64,000 nucleotides of DNA from Opitutales bacterium (GCA_965226885.1 CBDDEL010000017.1:288001-352000), one strand, 5' to 3'; positions 30,611 to 43,660 are shown, numbered from the stretch's first letter. Notes: a model not told the origin generated them from the letters alone. Translations and numbers: made by a program.

Positions 30611-32092
30611 ATGAAAAATATAGCCATCCAATGCCTCCTGCGTCCAGCTTTAACTGTGGTCGACCGGTGCCTCGATTACGATAACTTCCGCGCCACCATT
30701 GATCGAATCGATCGGCTGCTGATCGACTCGGAGGTGGAATCGCAGGCCATTGAGCTGGCCTTGGAGGGGTGGCCGCCAATGGGTCTAAAGGCCCGGCGGC
30801 AGCGGGCCAGTTTTGCCATCAAGGCACTGCGCATGGATACGCTGGGCCGTCTGCTCGGAGGGATTTCGTTTCGGCATTTGTCGCGGGCTCTGGGCAGCAG
30901 CGATCTGTTGGCCGACTTTTGCCGTGTCCGGCAGATCGATGGCATCAGGGGCATCTCCAAAAGCACCCTGGAGCGGGCCTCGAAGTTTTTCAGCGAAGAG
31001 CAGTTGAGGGCCTTGCACCGGACCTTGACTGAGGTGGTGGGCGATGCCCTTCTGGCCCGGCAGGTGGGATTGGACAAGCCGATTGACACCACCATTTGCC
31101 TGATCGACGGCACCTGTTTGGAGGCTAACATTCATTGGCCGACGGACTGGGTATTACTCAAGGATGTAGCCGGCACGTTGCTCAAAGCGATCCGGCTGAT
31201 CCGCGAGAAGGCCGGTGTGCGCCATCGCATGCCGATCGAACCGGAGCCCTTGGCTCGGCAGATGAATCGGCTGTGCATACAGATGACCCACAGCCGGCGG
31301 CGAAAGGACAGCGCGCGGCAGCGCAAGGGTATCTTGAGGCAGATGAAAAAGCTGCTCAAACGGATCGGGGAGCATGCCCGCAGTCACCGGGAATTATTGC
31401 AAGCCTGCTGGGAGCAAAGCGATTACAGCGAAAAACAGGTCCAACAGATCCTCGCCCGGATGGAGCGCATGAGCGAGCAAATCCCGGTGGTCATCAAACA
31501 GGCGCACGAGCGGATCATTGGCGGCCGCCAGGTGAAAAACGCAGAGAAAGTCTTGAGTGTTTACGAACTCGATGGGCAGGTGATTGTGCGAGGTAAAGCG
31601 GGCCAAGAGGTCGAGTTCGGCAACACCCTGTTTTTGGGAGAAAGCGTTGAAGGGTACCTGCTGGACTGGAAACTCTACGGCAGCCGAACTCCAAGCGAAA
31701 ATGAACAAATGCTAGAGAGTTTGCAAAGACAGAACCGCTTCAACCTGGAAGAACCCATAGCGGCCATGTGCGCGGACCGGGGATTTGCCTCCCAGCGGGC
31801 CCGCCGGCAGTTAGCCCAGGAGGGAATCTACGACGCGCTCTGTCCACGCGATCCGAAGCAGTTGAAAAAACGGATGGAGGAACCACTGTTCAGACAATTG
31901 CAAAAGCGCCGGGCCAGCACCGAAGGGCGGATCGGGGTATTGAAGAATCGCTGGCAGGCCGGGCGGTTGCGCAGCAAAGGCTTTGCCAACCGCTCGATCA
32001 GCGTAGCCTGGTCGGTACTCTCGCACAACCTATGGAAAGTAGCCAAGATGCTGGCCCAGCAAGACGAACTAAAAACCAAAGCGGCGGCCTAG
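30611..32092 (+). CDS. DDE transposase, ISNCY (ISDol1-like)/IS5-like
   Basis: DGTCLEANIHWPTD, KVLSVYE...IVRGK...VEFG, ADRGF and RASTEGRIGVLK motifs. Confidence 0.85.
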   Translation: MKNIAIQCLLRPALTVVDRCLDYDNFRATIDRIDRLLIDSEVESQAIELALEGWPPMGLKARRQRASFAIKALRMDTLGRLLGGISFRHLSRALGSSDLLADFCRVRQIDGIRGISKSTLERASKFFSEEQLRALHRTLTEVVGDALLARQVGLDKPIDTTICLIDGTCLEANIHWPTDWVLLKDVAGTLLKAIRLIREKAGVRHRMPIEPEPLARQMNRLCIQMTHSRRRKDSARQRKGILRQMKKLLKRIGEHARSHRELLQACWEQSDYSEKQVQQILARMERMSEQIPVVIKQAHERIIGGRQVKNAEKVLSVYELDGQVIVRGKAGQEVEFGNTLFLGESVEGYLLDWKLYGSRTPSENEQMLESLQRQNRFNLEEPIAAMCADRGFASQRARRQLAQEGIYDALCPRDPKQLKKRMEEPLFRQLQKRRASTEGRIGVLKNRWQAGRLRSKGFANRSISVAWSVLSHNLWKVAKMLAQQDELKTKAAA

Positions 32093-33659
32093 CCCGGATA
32101 TTTCATGAAGGGTAAAGTTTGGCTCGTTATTGCTATTGGAGATGGATTTCTTTGTATTTTGAGCAGATCGTCTTGATTTCTAGGTGTTTTTCAGGGTGTA
32201 GAGACACTGCCCCCTTTCCCCCATTGGTTCGGTAGTGCCGGGGGCAGCACCAATGCACCCTTTAGGTTGGCACCAATCGGCGGGCCGCATGGTTGAAAAG
32301 ACTGGCCCAAGGATAACTCTCACTTAGGTGAAAGTGAATCGTTCGGGTGTTGCGCACGATGACCGCTCCGATCTTGATTAATTTGAGCCGCAGGGTGTGG
32401 CATTGGGCCCGCGCCCACTTCGTCCCTTTTAAGGCTAACCGGCGCATGGCTTCCATCAAGGTGTAGGCCAGCGCCGACAAGAGCAATCGCCACTGATTGG
32501 CCCACCATTGATGGGCGCTGGTGCGCTCGCTGAACAATTGCATCTGTTCCTTGATTCGGTTCTCCATTTCACCGCGGCCACAGTATACCTTGTCGTAAAG
32601 CTCCTGGGGATCGCCCGGCAGGTTCGTCACCACGAAGCGCGGGTTGGACCCCTGTGCGGTGTGTTCGGCTTTATGGATGACCAACCGCAGCCATCGCCAC
32701 GAATCGGCAGCATAGACGAAGTCCTGGAATAACCGTTGTTTTTTACCCCTTAGTTCGAACCATTCTTTGGCCTGCTTTTGCAACTGCTGGGCGTCTTGCT
32801 GCAAGCGTGCATTGCGAGCCATCCCCACGATGTAACTAACTTCGTTGCGGTCGCACCAAGAGAGTATCCGGTCTCGACAAAATCCACTGTCGGCGCGCCA
32901 AATAATCCGCGTACGGGGCCAGCTTTGGCGAATCCGTTTAACCAGCAATTTGAGGATGGCCCCGGCATGCTTGCTGGCATCGATCTTGCTCGGCCGCAGG
33001 TAGGCCACCAGCAGCTGATCACCGCAAAAAACATATAGCGGCAGAAAACAGTAATGATCATAATAACCGTGGAAAAAACGTCCCTCCTGGAGCCCGTGCA
33101 CCGGATTGTCGGTGGCGTCAAAGTCCAGGATGATCTCTTCGGGTTCCTCGGCAAAGGAGCCCATGAACTGTTCGACCAACAGCTCGTTTACCGCAAAGGC
33201 CGCCCGCCAATCCTGCCCGTTTTCAAAACGACACAAAGTCGGCGCGCTGGCCAACGTTTCAATGCGCCCCGTTACCGTTTGCAACAATGGATCTTGGCGC
33301 AGGGTATCAAAGTCGTTCAAATCCTCATAGCCCGCCACCAGCCCGTAAACGCGCTGCCGCAGCATCCCCAATACCTCATGGCGTACTTTGCCCTTCTGCC
33401 GTTTGTCCACTAACTGTCGGGCCGCTCGTTCGGTCAAGCCCAACTGCCGATCCACTTCCCGGATCAAAAGCAGTCCGGCATCCGAAGTAACCTCTCCGCC
33501 CTTGAAATCAACCCGCACACGGCGGCCTTTTACCCTTGTCAACTGTAGCTTTAATTGTTTACCTTTTGTCATCGCTGATATTGCTTTAATTATTGATCTA
33601 TCCTGCTGTATATCAGCAGTTAAGCATATCAACGATACTTTTTTTACGAAATATCCGGG
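32093..33659 (-). mobile_element. IS1380-family copy C, full length (1567 bp)
   Basis: cccggatatttc IRs; TSD ctag overlapping the stop codon of the host transposase. Confidence 0.95.
32262..33572 (-). CDS. IS1380 transposase
   Basis: FKGGEVTSDAG, LDFDATD, FFHGYY, RADSGF and RGEMENRIKE motifs; ATG start preferred. Confidence 0.92.
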   Translation of the reverse strand: MTKGKQLKLQLTRVKGRRVRVDFKGGEVTSDAGLLLIREVDRQLGLTERAARQLVDKRQKGKVRHEVLGMLRQRVYGLVAGYEDLNDFDTLRQDPLLQTVTGRIETLASAPTLCRFENGQDWRAAFAVNELLVEQFMGSFAEEPEEIILDFDATDNPVHGLQEGRFFHGYYDHYCFLPLYVFCGDQLLVAYLRPSKIDASKHAGAILKLLVKRIRQSWPRTRIIWRADSGFCRDRILSWCDRNEVSYIVGMARNARLQQDAQQLQKQAKEWFELRGKKQRLFQDFVYAADSWRWLRLVIHKAEHTAQGSNPRFVVTNLPGDPQELYDKVYCGRGEMENRIKEQMQLFSERTSAHQWWANQWRLLLSALAYTLMEAMRRLALKGTKWARAQCHTLRLKLIKIGAVIVRNTRTIHFHLSESYPWASLFNHAARRLVPT

Positions 33660-34684
33660 CTAGAGAGCGGAAAAGCAAGGACAATACTTTTTCACAGCCT
33701 TACTGTCGGCTCATACAAAGAAAACCAGGCAACCGGACCCCAAAACCAGTATCCTAACGTTATAGGAGAGCAAAGTTGATACTCTCCCAAATGCAAATAC
33801 CTCTAAAATGAGCGCCTATCAAAAGCCCTCGCAAAAATCACCCTTTTGGGACAGCCTCTAACTAACTTCGTTGCGGTCGCACCAAGAGAGTATCCGGTCT
33901 CGACAAAATCCACTGTCGGCGCGCCAAATAATCCGCGTACGGGGCCAGCTTTGGCGAATCCGTTTAACCAGCAATTTGAGGATGGCCCCGGCATGCTTGC
34001 TGGCATCGATCTTGCTCGGCCGCAGGTAGGCCACCAGCAGCTGATCACCGCAAAAAACATATAGCGGCAGAAAACAGTAATGATCATAATAACCGTGGAA
34101 AAACGTCCCTCCTGGAGCCCGTGCACCGGAGTGTCGGTGGCGTCAAAGTCCAGGATGATCTCTTCGGGTTCCTCGGCAAAGGAGCCCATGAACTGTTCGA
34201 CCAACAGCTCGTTTACCGCAAAGGCCGCCCGCCGATCCTGCCCGTTTTCAAAACGACACAAAGTCGGCGCGCTGGCCAACGTTTCAATGCGCCCCGTTAC
34301 CGTTTGCAACAATGGATCGTGGCGCAGGGTATCAAAGTCGTTCAAATCCTCATAGCCCGCCACCAGCCCGTAAACGCGCTGCCGCAGCATCCCCAATACC
34401 TCATGGCGTACTTTGCCCTTCTGCCGTTTGTCCACTAACTGTCGGGCCGCTCGTTCGGTCAAGCCCAACTGCCGATCCACTTCCCGGATCAAAAGCAGTC
34501 CGGCATCCGAAGTAACCTCTCCGCCCTTGAAATCAACCCGCACACGGCGGCCTTTTACCCTTGTCAACTGTAGCTTTAATTGTTTACCTTTTGTCATCGC
34601 TGATATTGCTTTAATTATTGATCTATCCTGCTGTATATCAGCAGTTAAGCATATCAACGATACTTTTTTTACGAAATATCCGGG

Positions 34685-35942
34685 CTAATGAAGGTATGCC
34701 GCTGTCGTGATGCGGCGCACCATTCATGTCGTCGCGGTAGTCGGCATCGCCTTCGCTGTGTGGATCGTCGAGCTGCCGTAGCGGCGGGTTGGCGGCGCTC
34801 GCCACATCCTCTCCAAATGCCCAAACATCTCCATTGTTATCATAATCGTAGATAGCCGCCATGCAGTCGGCGAAACTTTCGTGCAAGGCGGCCCATTCAT
34901 CAAGATAATCATATTCAAGCCCCTCATCGAACGCCACACCATGAGAAAATTCATGTGCCATGAGATCCTACGAATCGTATAATTTCCCATGACCATTACC
35001 AAATCTAATAAAATTCGCTGGGTTCGTTGGTGGCCTAATCCACCAGGCATTATCTTCGTATTCGTCTCCGTATCGCACTTCTACTTCCACGATGGCCCCA
35101 CTACCATTCCAAGAGTCGCGCTCAAATCGGTCATCGAACAGGTCATAAGTCAACCCACTCGAATCGTAACAATCGTCGACCTCGGGTATATCAGTTTCAT
35201 CCTCTCCCTCCTCTCTAGCAGGATTCGCTGGACGCGTAGTTCCCCCATCTAGATCGTAGATATCACGATTAAGCGCCGGGATCATTAACGGACTCTGCAT
35301 CAGGATGGTTCCCTTTTTGGCGTCAACAATGATCCGCTTCGAGTCTGGATTTACTCCATCACGAGTATCGATGTAGAAAACATGTCCCGGCATCGTTTCG
35401 TCGGTATCTTCATGGTAGAAATAACAGGAAGAATCATACTTAATCTGATCCAGGGTTTTTCCGCCAAGCAGAGATGACACGGTATTCAGCAACGCCAGCG
35501 ACGGAGGCGATACATCATTTGTATCGTCTTCGACGCGGAGGACCGGCCCTCGACTGTAGTAAATTACCCCTTGATCGTTTGTATGTAAGACGATATCGCC
35601 GTAGATTACCGGCAAACCGGCGATTTCCTGCGTGAATTTGAAGGAGGCGGTGCCGTTGTTGTGGGTCCTGTTTCGGAACAACGTCAGTTTTGCCTCATCC
35701 TCGGGATAGTAGTCTTCACTCAAGACATCAGCCAAATGGTGACCATAAGCCTCCTTGTCCGAAGCGAAGATTTTCGTGTCAATGCCGACAGGATTTTCGC
35801 CGGGAGGAATTGCGCTGGCAGGAATTCCGCCGCCAGAGTCGGGAGATTGATTCGAGTTGTCCGGGATTTGACCGGCTGAATTGAGATAGCCTAAGGAGCC
35901 TATCATCACTGCGGTGGCAAGGCTACGGGTGGTATTTGTCAT
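34685..35942 (-). pseudogene. M4 (thermolysin-like) metallopeptidase; in-frame TAG at 34968-34970 and 3' truncation at IS1380
   Basis: Signal peptide, FTP/PepSY-like propeptide, NAWW, HEFSH zinc motif, LHESFAD, HDSGIP. Confidence 0.85.
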
Positions 35943-36394
35943 TGGTGTTTTCTTGTTAGTGTTATTTTGGGAATATTCCTCAATGAGTTGTCGAAATCAT
36001 TGAGGACGGAAAATTTTAGATCGTCCGGCTAGGGATAGCCCTCCTTCGTCGTTGAATGGGTTCGGTGTCATAACCCCGGGGTATTTTGTTTTGCTTAAGA
36101 TAAAGAAATGTCGAGTTTCGAGAACACTTTAAATTAATAATTTTTTTTTAAAAGTCAAGCGGAAAGGGCGAAAATAACAAATTTTAACTTACGTAATGTT
36201 TACGTAGTCAGAGTAAGTGTTGCAAATAACTGTCTAACATCAAATTGCGAAAAAATATGGATTAATTGAGGATCGAGAAATCCGGATTATTCACCTATTT
36301 TGCCTTTCCCGTTGGGATTTATTTTGCTTTTCCCTGCTAATAACGGTAGTATTGGGGTTTAGTCATTCTCCGGTTTGTTGGTCCATCTCAAGAC

Positions 36395-39300
36395 ATGTAT
36401 CCTCTCTTTTCCGATCGCTTCGCCTTTTTTTTGTTGGGTTTATTTCTGCTTGTTCCTTATGGGACCAGCGCCCAGAGCACGACCATCCTGCAGGGGCGCG
36501 TGACCGACAGCGCAACCGGTTTCGGCATCGAGGGGGCGGCGGTTGAACTCGATCTCGATCCCGGCGGCGACCCCATTGAGTTTGCCACAGTGACGGATGC
36601 CTTCGGGTTCTACGCCATTGCCGATATCGCCTGGGGGACTTACGGCGTTACCGTCAGTCATCCCGCCTATGTGTCCCAGAGTGTGGCACTTGCGTTAAAC
36701 TCAACCGACCCGGAAACGCGGAATTTCGACATCGACCCGGCCGGACTGCCGCCGGGTTCCTCGTTTTTCGATGTCTTTGCCTAGGTCTCGGATGTTACTT
36801 CGGGCAAACCTCTTTTCGGCGTTCCAGTCAAGGTAATCGTTTTCGACGACGAGGTGGTGGAAAACATCATCGATTCCCGGGTTCTGGAAACCGACGAGAG
36901 CGGGAGCACGGTTTTTCGCGGTATGCAAACCGGTTATTACCGGTTCGTCATCAATGATTCCGCCGACGCCATCGATGTAATTTATCAGCCCAAATGGATG
37001 ACCTTTTCCACCGAGACGGCCGGTGGCGGGGCGCAGGATAAAATGCTTCTGGAAGGTCCCTATATGGCCAATATGCTCCTTGAACCGATCCTGCAAAGCC
37101 TTACCATCCAGGTGACCGGTTTCGATCCGGTTTCGCAGCTCGATCCGGCCAGCGACCCCGCCGTACCCCTGCCAGGTTTCTATGTCGAACTGACGGGGCT
37201 CGATGAAAACAATGACGGAGAGGGCAACCTCAGCCAAATTCCAATCCTTTCACCGCGCACCGGGGTGACCGATGAAAATGGCAAAATTAACTTCACCAAA
37301 CTACCGGCAATCGCGTATCAAGTAGTGGCCAAGCGGCACGGTTATTCGGCCGCGAATGCGATCATCGAACCGGGTGTGGATGACGGCGATTTCGACCCTG
37401 GAAACAGTGATGGAAACCCTTTCGTGCTGCCGGCGACGATCATCCCGACGCATGCGTTTGTCAACTCCTCCAATATCTTTGTTGAGCGCAACGAGTTCTT
37501 CCAAGTGACCAGAGGCGATCCTGATTTTTGACCGGTCTGGTCTTCCAGTTGGATGGGTTAAAGGACACTAATACCGAAGGCATTCATCGCACCCAATTCT
37601 CCTATACCATTCAAGGACTTGAGGATTCGCGGGCGTTTTTTCATTTGCTCCCGGGCCGTTATCGGGTATCTGTAGGCAGCATAGATAGGTTTGGCTTTGT
37701 GGACCGTTACTATACCGGGGAGGAATATTTCGACCTGTCCATCGGAGAGCCTATTTACGGGGGTTTCCACGAAGTCGATCCCACCATAACCCTTGAGGTG
37801 GCCCCGGCCAAGGTTAGGGGAAGGCTTTTCGCCGCCGATGCCCTGGGCGAGTTCGAATTGCAGGATAGCTTCTTCAACTCGAACAGATCGCGCAAGCCAG
37901 CCTATAAACCCAAACAGGCGGAGGGCATCTACCTGGTTGAATACCTGACGGAATTTACCGACCCCGGCGACCCGGCTTCACCCTTGGTAGCCGACGACCC
38001 GGTGGATCTCAACGTGGACCTTGGCGACGGCCCCTATCTGCCCCCTGACCAGAGGGTCGTCTCTGTCGACACCGATGAATCGGGCCTTTTCTCGATTGCT
38101 GTTCTACCCGGAAGATACGGTCTGCGGATACCTGCACTCAATGAAGTGGAGGGTGTGGACGGCTCCGGTTACTGGGGCAGCCATGTGATTTTGAGGGATT
38201 TGACGACGGGGGCCACAAGCACGCAGGACTGGCCGTTGCACCAGGAATGGCCGTCCGGATTTACCAGTCCCACCCCATTCCCGATCGCTCTCCAATCCAA
38301 CCACGAATACGAACTGGATATTTTCGTGCGCAAACAGGTGGTTGAAATACGGGGAGAGGTCCGGCCCATCGACGACCCGATCCGACGCCTGCTGGCCAAT
38401 GTGGACGACCTCGGAACCAGTGGCAATACCTCCGGCCACTCAGGTTTCGAGGACCTTGTGGATAATGGGGGAATGGCCACATTGGTCTCCCCCAATGGCA
38501 CACAGATGGAAGCCCTTTTTATCTTTAATGACCCCGGCCAGGATCCCGACATCGCATACCAGATTTCCAATGTCGTGGCGGGAACTCATAGCCTCTCACT
38601 GACCCATAGTCGTTTCACATTCGAGCACGACGGAAACGCACTTCCAATCGATATCGTCCTACACGCCTGGAAGGGACCCGGAGAATTGCCCACTCTTGAT
38701 CCTGCCGATTCCTCTTTCGTCGAACCGCTGACGACGGTAATAATTAACCCAGATGTCTTCGGCACATATACACCCAGCAACACCGTCATCATGGTGAGAC
38801 GTTTTGACGTAGATCCCAATCCTGGTCCGGAAGATCCTGAGTATATTGAGAGCTCGGTTATCGGGGACGCCGCATTCACCACAATCGCCGTCCAGCCGAG
38901 CTACGCCGACGGCAAAATATTCGTTTTTGAAAGTATATGGCCAGTGGGTTCCTTTTCATTCTGGATAGGCCGGGACTTCGACGGAAGCGTCACATGGTTC
39001 GAAGGTAGCACTAACGGGTCGAAGACTATCTCGCTTCATTATGGGGGCTCATCGAACAGTTTTACCGATCCGCAGCCCTTTAACACCGTTAGGGCGCATT
39101 ATAAATCGATAAATTTTGACGACCCAGCAACGGAAATTACAGGAACGGCCTTTACCCTCGACATCGACGGCACACCCACCGTTTTCTCCACTCCCCACAC
39201 CCAGTCCAATATTAAAGGAAGCTTCGGCTTCAGCAACGTCACCCACCCCAGCAACTGGATTATCAATAGTAGCGAAACGAGACTTACCAACCTTTCTGGA

Positions 39301-42300
39301 CCGGAATTTACGGTCACAATATTAATGAAACGAAGCTTTGACATCGCCGGAACGGTGAAAACCGGCGTATTCCCCATTGAGGGGGCGACGGTGGAAATCA
39401 AGGGGCGTTTCAACAACACTTTAAAGGAATTTACGACCGGTTCCGATGGGACTTTCGCCCAGACCATGGCATCCGAGATAATTTTTGTGGACATTACGGC
39501 GCCGGGCTACCTGCCTTGGCGGGAGCGCTATAACCCCGCCGTGCTGACGGGGGATCCGCCCACCTTGACGATTTCCGCCAACCTCATCCCTATCGACCCG
39601 CCAGCCTTCGGGACGATTACGTTGGACCGCTTCGGCCTTTTTCTGCCCGGTGTGAACAAATCAGGCGACCAGGACGCTTTTTACGGTTTTAACGCTTCCG
39701 GCCCGCTCACCCTGACGGTGGAGGCAATCGCCACACCTCAAAATCTACCCATATCCTACGACCTACTTCCCTTCGATTCCGCCAACGGTGAGGCGGGCGA
39801 TTCCCAATCGGTCGAGCTACCGGATGCTATTTCCGAAATTTGGATCATCGACCCGAGGAAATTTCCCGTCAATCCGGAACAGGTTCCGCCCCTCACGGGC
39901 AATCCATTCAATGAAACCCCGGTTCCCATTTCCCCACCCTCTTCCGGCCGCCCGGAGGACAGCCTGAAGTGGCTCCAGGAAATCGAAAGCGGCGTCATAC
40001 CCAACGTCTTTTTCCAAAAAGTGACCGACTTTACCCTGAACGGAGATGAGGCCACGGCGGTGGCAACGATTCCCCTCTGGGAACTGCCGCCGGGCGACTT
40101 CGATCCGATTTTCGTCGCCGTTACGAGGCAGGGCGCCATCACCATCAAGAGCGATTTTCAATACCCCGACCCAGTCGAAACGCACCGGCTGGAAGGCGCC
40201 CGGATGCCTCCTTGGTTGGCTTTTGTGGCCGATACTTTGGGCACCGTGGCGGGTGTCATCCGGACCAACAACGCCATTGCCGATATTCAAAATCCAAATC
40301 TGGTGGGGCAGCCGCTCGACCTCTCCAGCTTTATTCCGGAAGGCCGTTTCAAACCATTGCCGGAGTTCACCGCGGATATCGGGTTGGACGAGGATAATGA
40401 CGGCTTCCTGCTCTATGATTACAACATCGCCGTCAATGTGAACGAGGGCATGGAGACGCCTGCCAGCGGGATGCTGGGGCTGTCTCCGGGGATTTTGGGG
40501 CTCAACCTGCTGGCCTCCGCCGGGGTAGCCGTTTCGGGGCATGAGAAATCGGTTTCTTTAACCGTGCAGGGCACGGCCACGACCAAAGAAGACATTGATC
40601 TGGAGGAGTATTTGCCTAAAAAATTGTTTGGTTTCCAGCCAGAGGAAACGCATTTGAAGCCAGCCATCACTTTGCGGACGGCGGCCACCAGCTTTCTGGA
40701 TGACAACAACAAACTGGAAGCCCAGTTGCGGCATCAAGTGATCGGGGCGATGCAGACGGGCCTGAAGTTCAACCTTCAGCCTATCACTTCCAAGATACCC
40801 TATGTGGGGCCGGTTCTGCTGTCACTCGACAAAGCGAAGAAGTTCCAGATTTTGGGCACGCTTGATGGCGCTATCAGCCTGGACTCGCAAACTACCTGGA
40901 GCACCGTGCGGCCCCGCATATTCGAGGCCGAATCGATCACCACGGACCATCGTTTCCGGCGGCATTTCATGGGGGGCGATGAAAATATCTCCATCCCCGC
41001 CGGTGAACAGCCGCAAAACAGCAACCGCTTCGAACTCGGTTTCAATTTCGGGGCCGGTATCGAAATCAAGACCAAGAGCGCCCTCGGGGCCACCGGCAGG
41101 ATCGCTCTGCAAGGCGAGGAGAAAGTCATTCCCGGCTTCGAGGATCCACTGCCGGTGGCCACTGTCGTTTTTAACGACGAGGCCGACTGGCCCTACCTGA
41201 CGAGGATTCAGGGCGCCATCAACCTCAGCCTTGAGGCCCGGCTGGATCTCGGCATCACGGAATTGAAAAAGGGTTGGGACTGGGACCTCATCACCTTCGA
41301 ACACAATTTCGGCAATGTGGAGGAATCTGGCAGCTCGGCCAAGGGCCTGAGTCTGGGCCTTTTCGGAGGCGGCGGACCGACGGCTAGTGCGACGCTGCCG
41401 ACCACTCCGCCGGTCTTTCAACTGGTTCCCCTCACCATCACCGATGCGGTTGTGGAGTTGGAAAACCTCAGCCCGGTCGATTACACCGGAGAAACGCCGC
41501 AGACGGTGCTTGATTTTCTCGAAGTGGGTTCCTACGCCGGGGCCCCGGGCAGTGTGGAAGCGCTCGTTTTCACCGATCTGGCGGTCGAGCCCGATCTCGC
41601 CGCTGGCAATATGACCTTGAAAATCGCCCTGCGCACGGGTGAAAACAGTTGGGGCGCCCCGGTCGTAATTGCGGACGCCCCCGGCATGGCCGAAGTAACC
41701 ATTACCCAGCTTTCCGGTGGGCAGTGGATGGCGGGCTGGGTTGAGATTGCGGGCGATGACCTGCTCGACCCCTTTGGGCCCATGAGCATCAAAACCGCCC
41801 TCAGCAGCGACGCAACCGCCGCCTCCTGGCTGGTGGAAAATTTCGACACGGTCGCCGATCTGACCGATAGCCGGGCCAAAGACCTTCGTTTCACCATCGG
41901 CTCCAGCTTGGTGGGCCTGGTTTTCCTGGAAACGGATGGCGGACCGGCCTCAAGCGATTTCGCCATTCGGGGAGCCACCTGGGATGGAAACGACTGGTCT
42001 CTCGATGAAACACCGCTATTGCCCACGACGACATTGAGCGGATTCGAGGCGGCGGGGGCGGGTGTGAGCGGGAGCGATGTTGCCCAGATCGTCTATGTCA
42101 ATGGCGACCAGGAACTTTACGCCATTGAGTGGGACGGGAGCATAGCGGGGACAACGGAATTGTTGAGCGATTCGGCCACGGGCACTCTGGCCATTGCGGC
42201 GGGAGAAGCGGATACTTTTTACGCCGCTTACGGTCTGCTGGGGGGCGGCATCGGCCTTTCCAAATTCGACAGTGTGTGGTCTGATTTGGGAACTCCCTCG

Positions 42301-43557
42301 GCCACCGCCATACCCGGTGAAATTCAGGTCGCGGCGCTTGATGACGCCACCGACCCCACCGTCGTTGTCTTGAGCTGGATTTCGGGAAGCGGCCCCTCGA
42401 CCATTTCCTATGCCTATACCGATACTGCCGGAGTAGTCGAAATCCCGGAAACCGAACTGACGGGTAATACCGTTGGAAACTACCACGGCTTGCAGCTTAT
42501 AGCGGGAGATAACAGGGATGCCGTTTTGATGGCTTTGTTTACGAATAACCCGGGCGCGGACGAATTAAGGGTTTTTAATTTGGTTTTCGATAATGGTGTC
42601 ACCGGGAACGACCGGGACTCCGACGGCATGAACGACATCAAGGAGCTACGGATTGTCGATGTGGATAATGTGGACGCCTTCGTCACGGTTGACGATGTCC
42701 TGCCCGGCGATGATTTCGACGGCGACCGGTTTTCCAATTTCGAGGAGATTGCGGACGGCTCCGACCCGACAAACCCGCTCGATATTCCCGACATCGGGGG
42801 TGTCGTAGTTGAGACCACGCTGCCCGAAGCGAGTGAATTTAGTTTGATTGAGGGCAGTTTCACCATCACGAGGCCGGACAGCGACTTGACGCAGTCCCTA
42901 ACCGTGAATATGAATGATTCCGGAAGCAGCGCACTGGCCGGAACGGATTTCGTGGACTTTGCAAATTCGGTGGATATTCCCATCAATTCCTTAATTCAAA
43001 CGGTATCCGTGACCCCCATGGCCGACACCGAGGCGGAGGGCGATGAGTCTGTGGTATTGAATCTGGAATCGAGCCCCAATTACAATCTCGGTGCCGAGGA
43101 CAGCGCGACCGTGATCCTCAAGGACCTCCCGGCGGACGATTGGAGGTTCCACAATCTACTAAATCCCAACAGCCCGGAAGCGGCGGACGGGGCCGATCCC
43201 GATAATGACGGCATTTCCAACCTGCTGGAATACGCTCTCTTGCTCGGTCCTGGGGTGCCCGATACGATCTTACTGCCCGAACTGTTGCTGGACGAAGATG
43301 AGCAGGGCGACTTCCACCTCACCCTAGGTTATACCAGAAATATCAACGCCATCGACCTCATTTATACCATCGAGGTCTCAGAGGACCTGCAAACATGGAC
43401 ATCCAATACGCCGGGGCAGGAAGATGTCACCACGGAGATTTCCCGGATTGACAATTTCGATGGTACGGAGACCGTCACCGAGCGCGACAATGGAAACCTG
43501 AACGATAGCCAAAACCGCTACCTGCGCCTCCGGGTGGAGCGCGCCGCGAGCCCCTGA
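36395..43557 (+). pseudogene. giant (~2390 aa) exported surface protein split by TAG (36782-36784) and a 1-bp frameshift (T5 at 37525-37529)
   Basis: Signal peptide, CarboxypepD_reg-like repeats (QGRVTDSATGFGIEGA), Calx-beta-like domain, DxDxDG motifs, Verrucomicrobia-type C-terminus (NLLEYAL...YTIEVSEDLQTW...RYLRLRV); 37528-43557 is open for 2009 aa. Confidence 0.75.
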
Positions 43558-43574
43558 AATATTGGGGCTAAAAC

Positions 43575-43580
43575 TTGACA
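43575..43580 (+). promoter_or_regulatory. -35 box upstream of the tRNA fragment
   Basis: Perfect TTGACA about 43 bp upstream of the tRNA 5' end; -10 not clear. Confidence 0.4.
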
Positions 43581-43622
43581 ATTGAAAGGGGTGGGCTTTC
43601 TTAGTCCTGTTCAGCATATAAT

Positions 43623-43660
43623 GGGTCGGTAGCTCAATGGTAGAGCAGTGGCCTTTTAAG
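43623..43660 (+). tRNA. 5' half of tRNA-Lys(UUU), truncated just after the anticodon loop (pseudo/att fragment)
   Basis: GGGTCGG-TA-GCTC-AATGGTA-GAGC-A-GTGGC-CTTTTAA-G; no 3' anticodon strand, T-arm or acceptor 3' strand follows. Confidence 0.8.

Larger units (their letters stand above)
30462..33858 (+). mobile_element. ISNCY/IS5-like element (~1826 bp without its insert), containing IS1380 copy C
   Basis: 15-bp IRs gaggctgtcccaaaa/ttttgggacagcctc; 6-bp TSD taacta. Confidence 0.9.
29716..34684 (-). mobile_element. IS1380-family copy B, split by a nested ISNCY-like element; transposase also frameshifted
   Basis: 29716-30461 plus 33865-34684 = 1566 bp; ctaa on both flanks; one A missing in the A6 run near 34100. 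Confidence 0.92.

Noticed and set aside
35960..36070. Riboswitch in the M4 peptidase leader
   Set aside because: Several hairpins are present, but I recognise no aptamer consensus or terminator U-tract.
36548..36559. 6-bp and 5-bp tandem repeats (ctcgat x2 here; also near 7869, 16330, 57249)
   Set aside because: Short enough to occur by chance; excluded from the duplication count.
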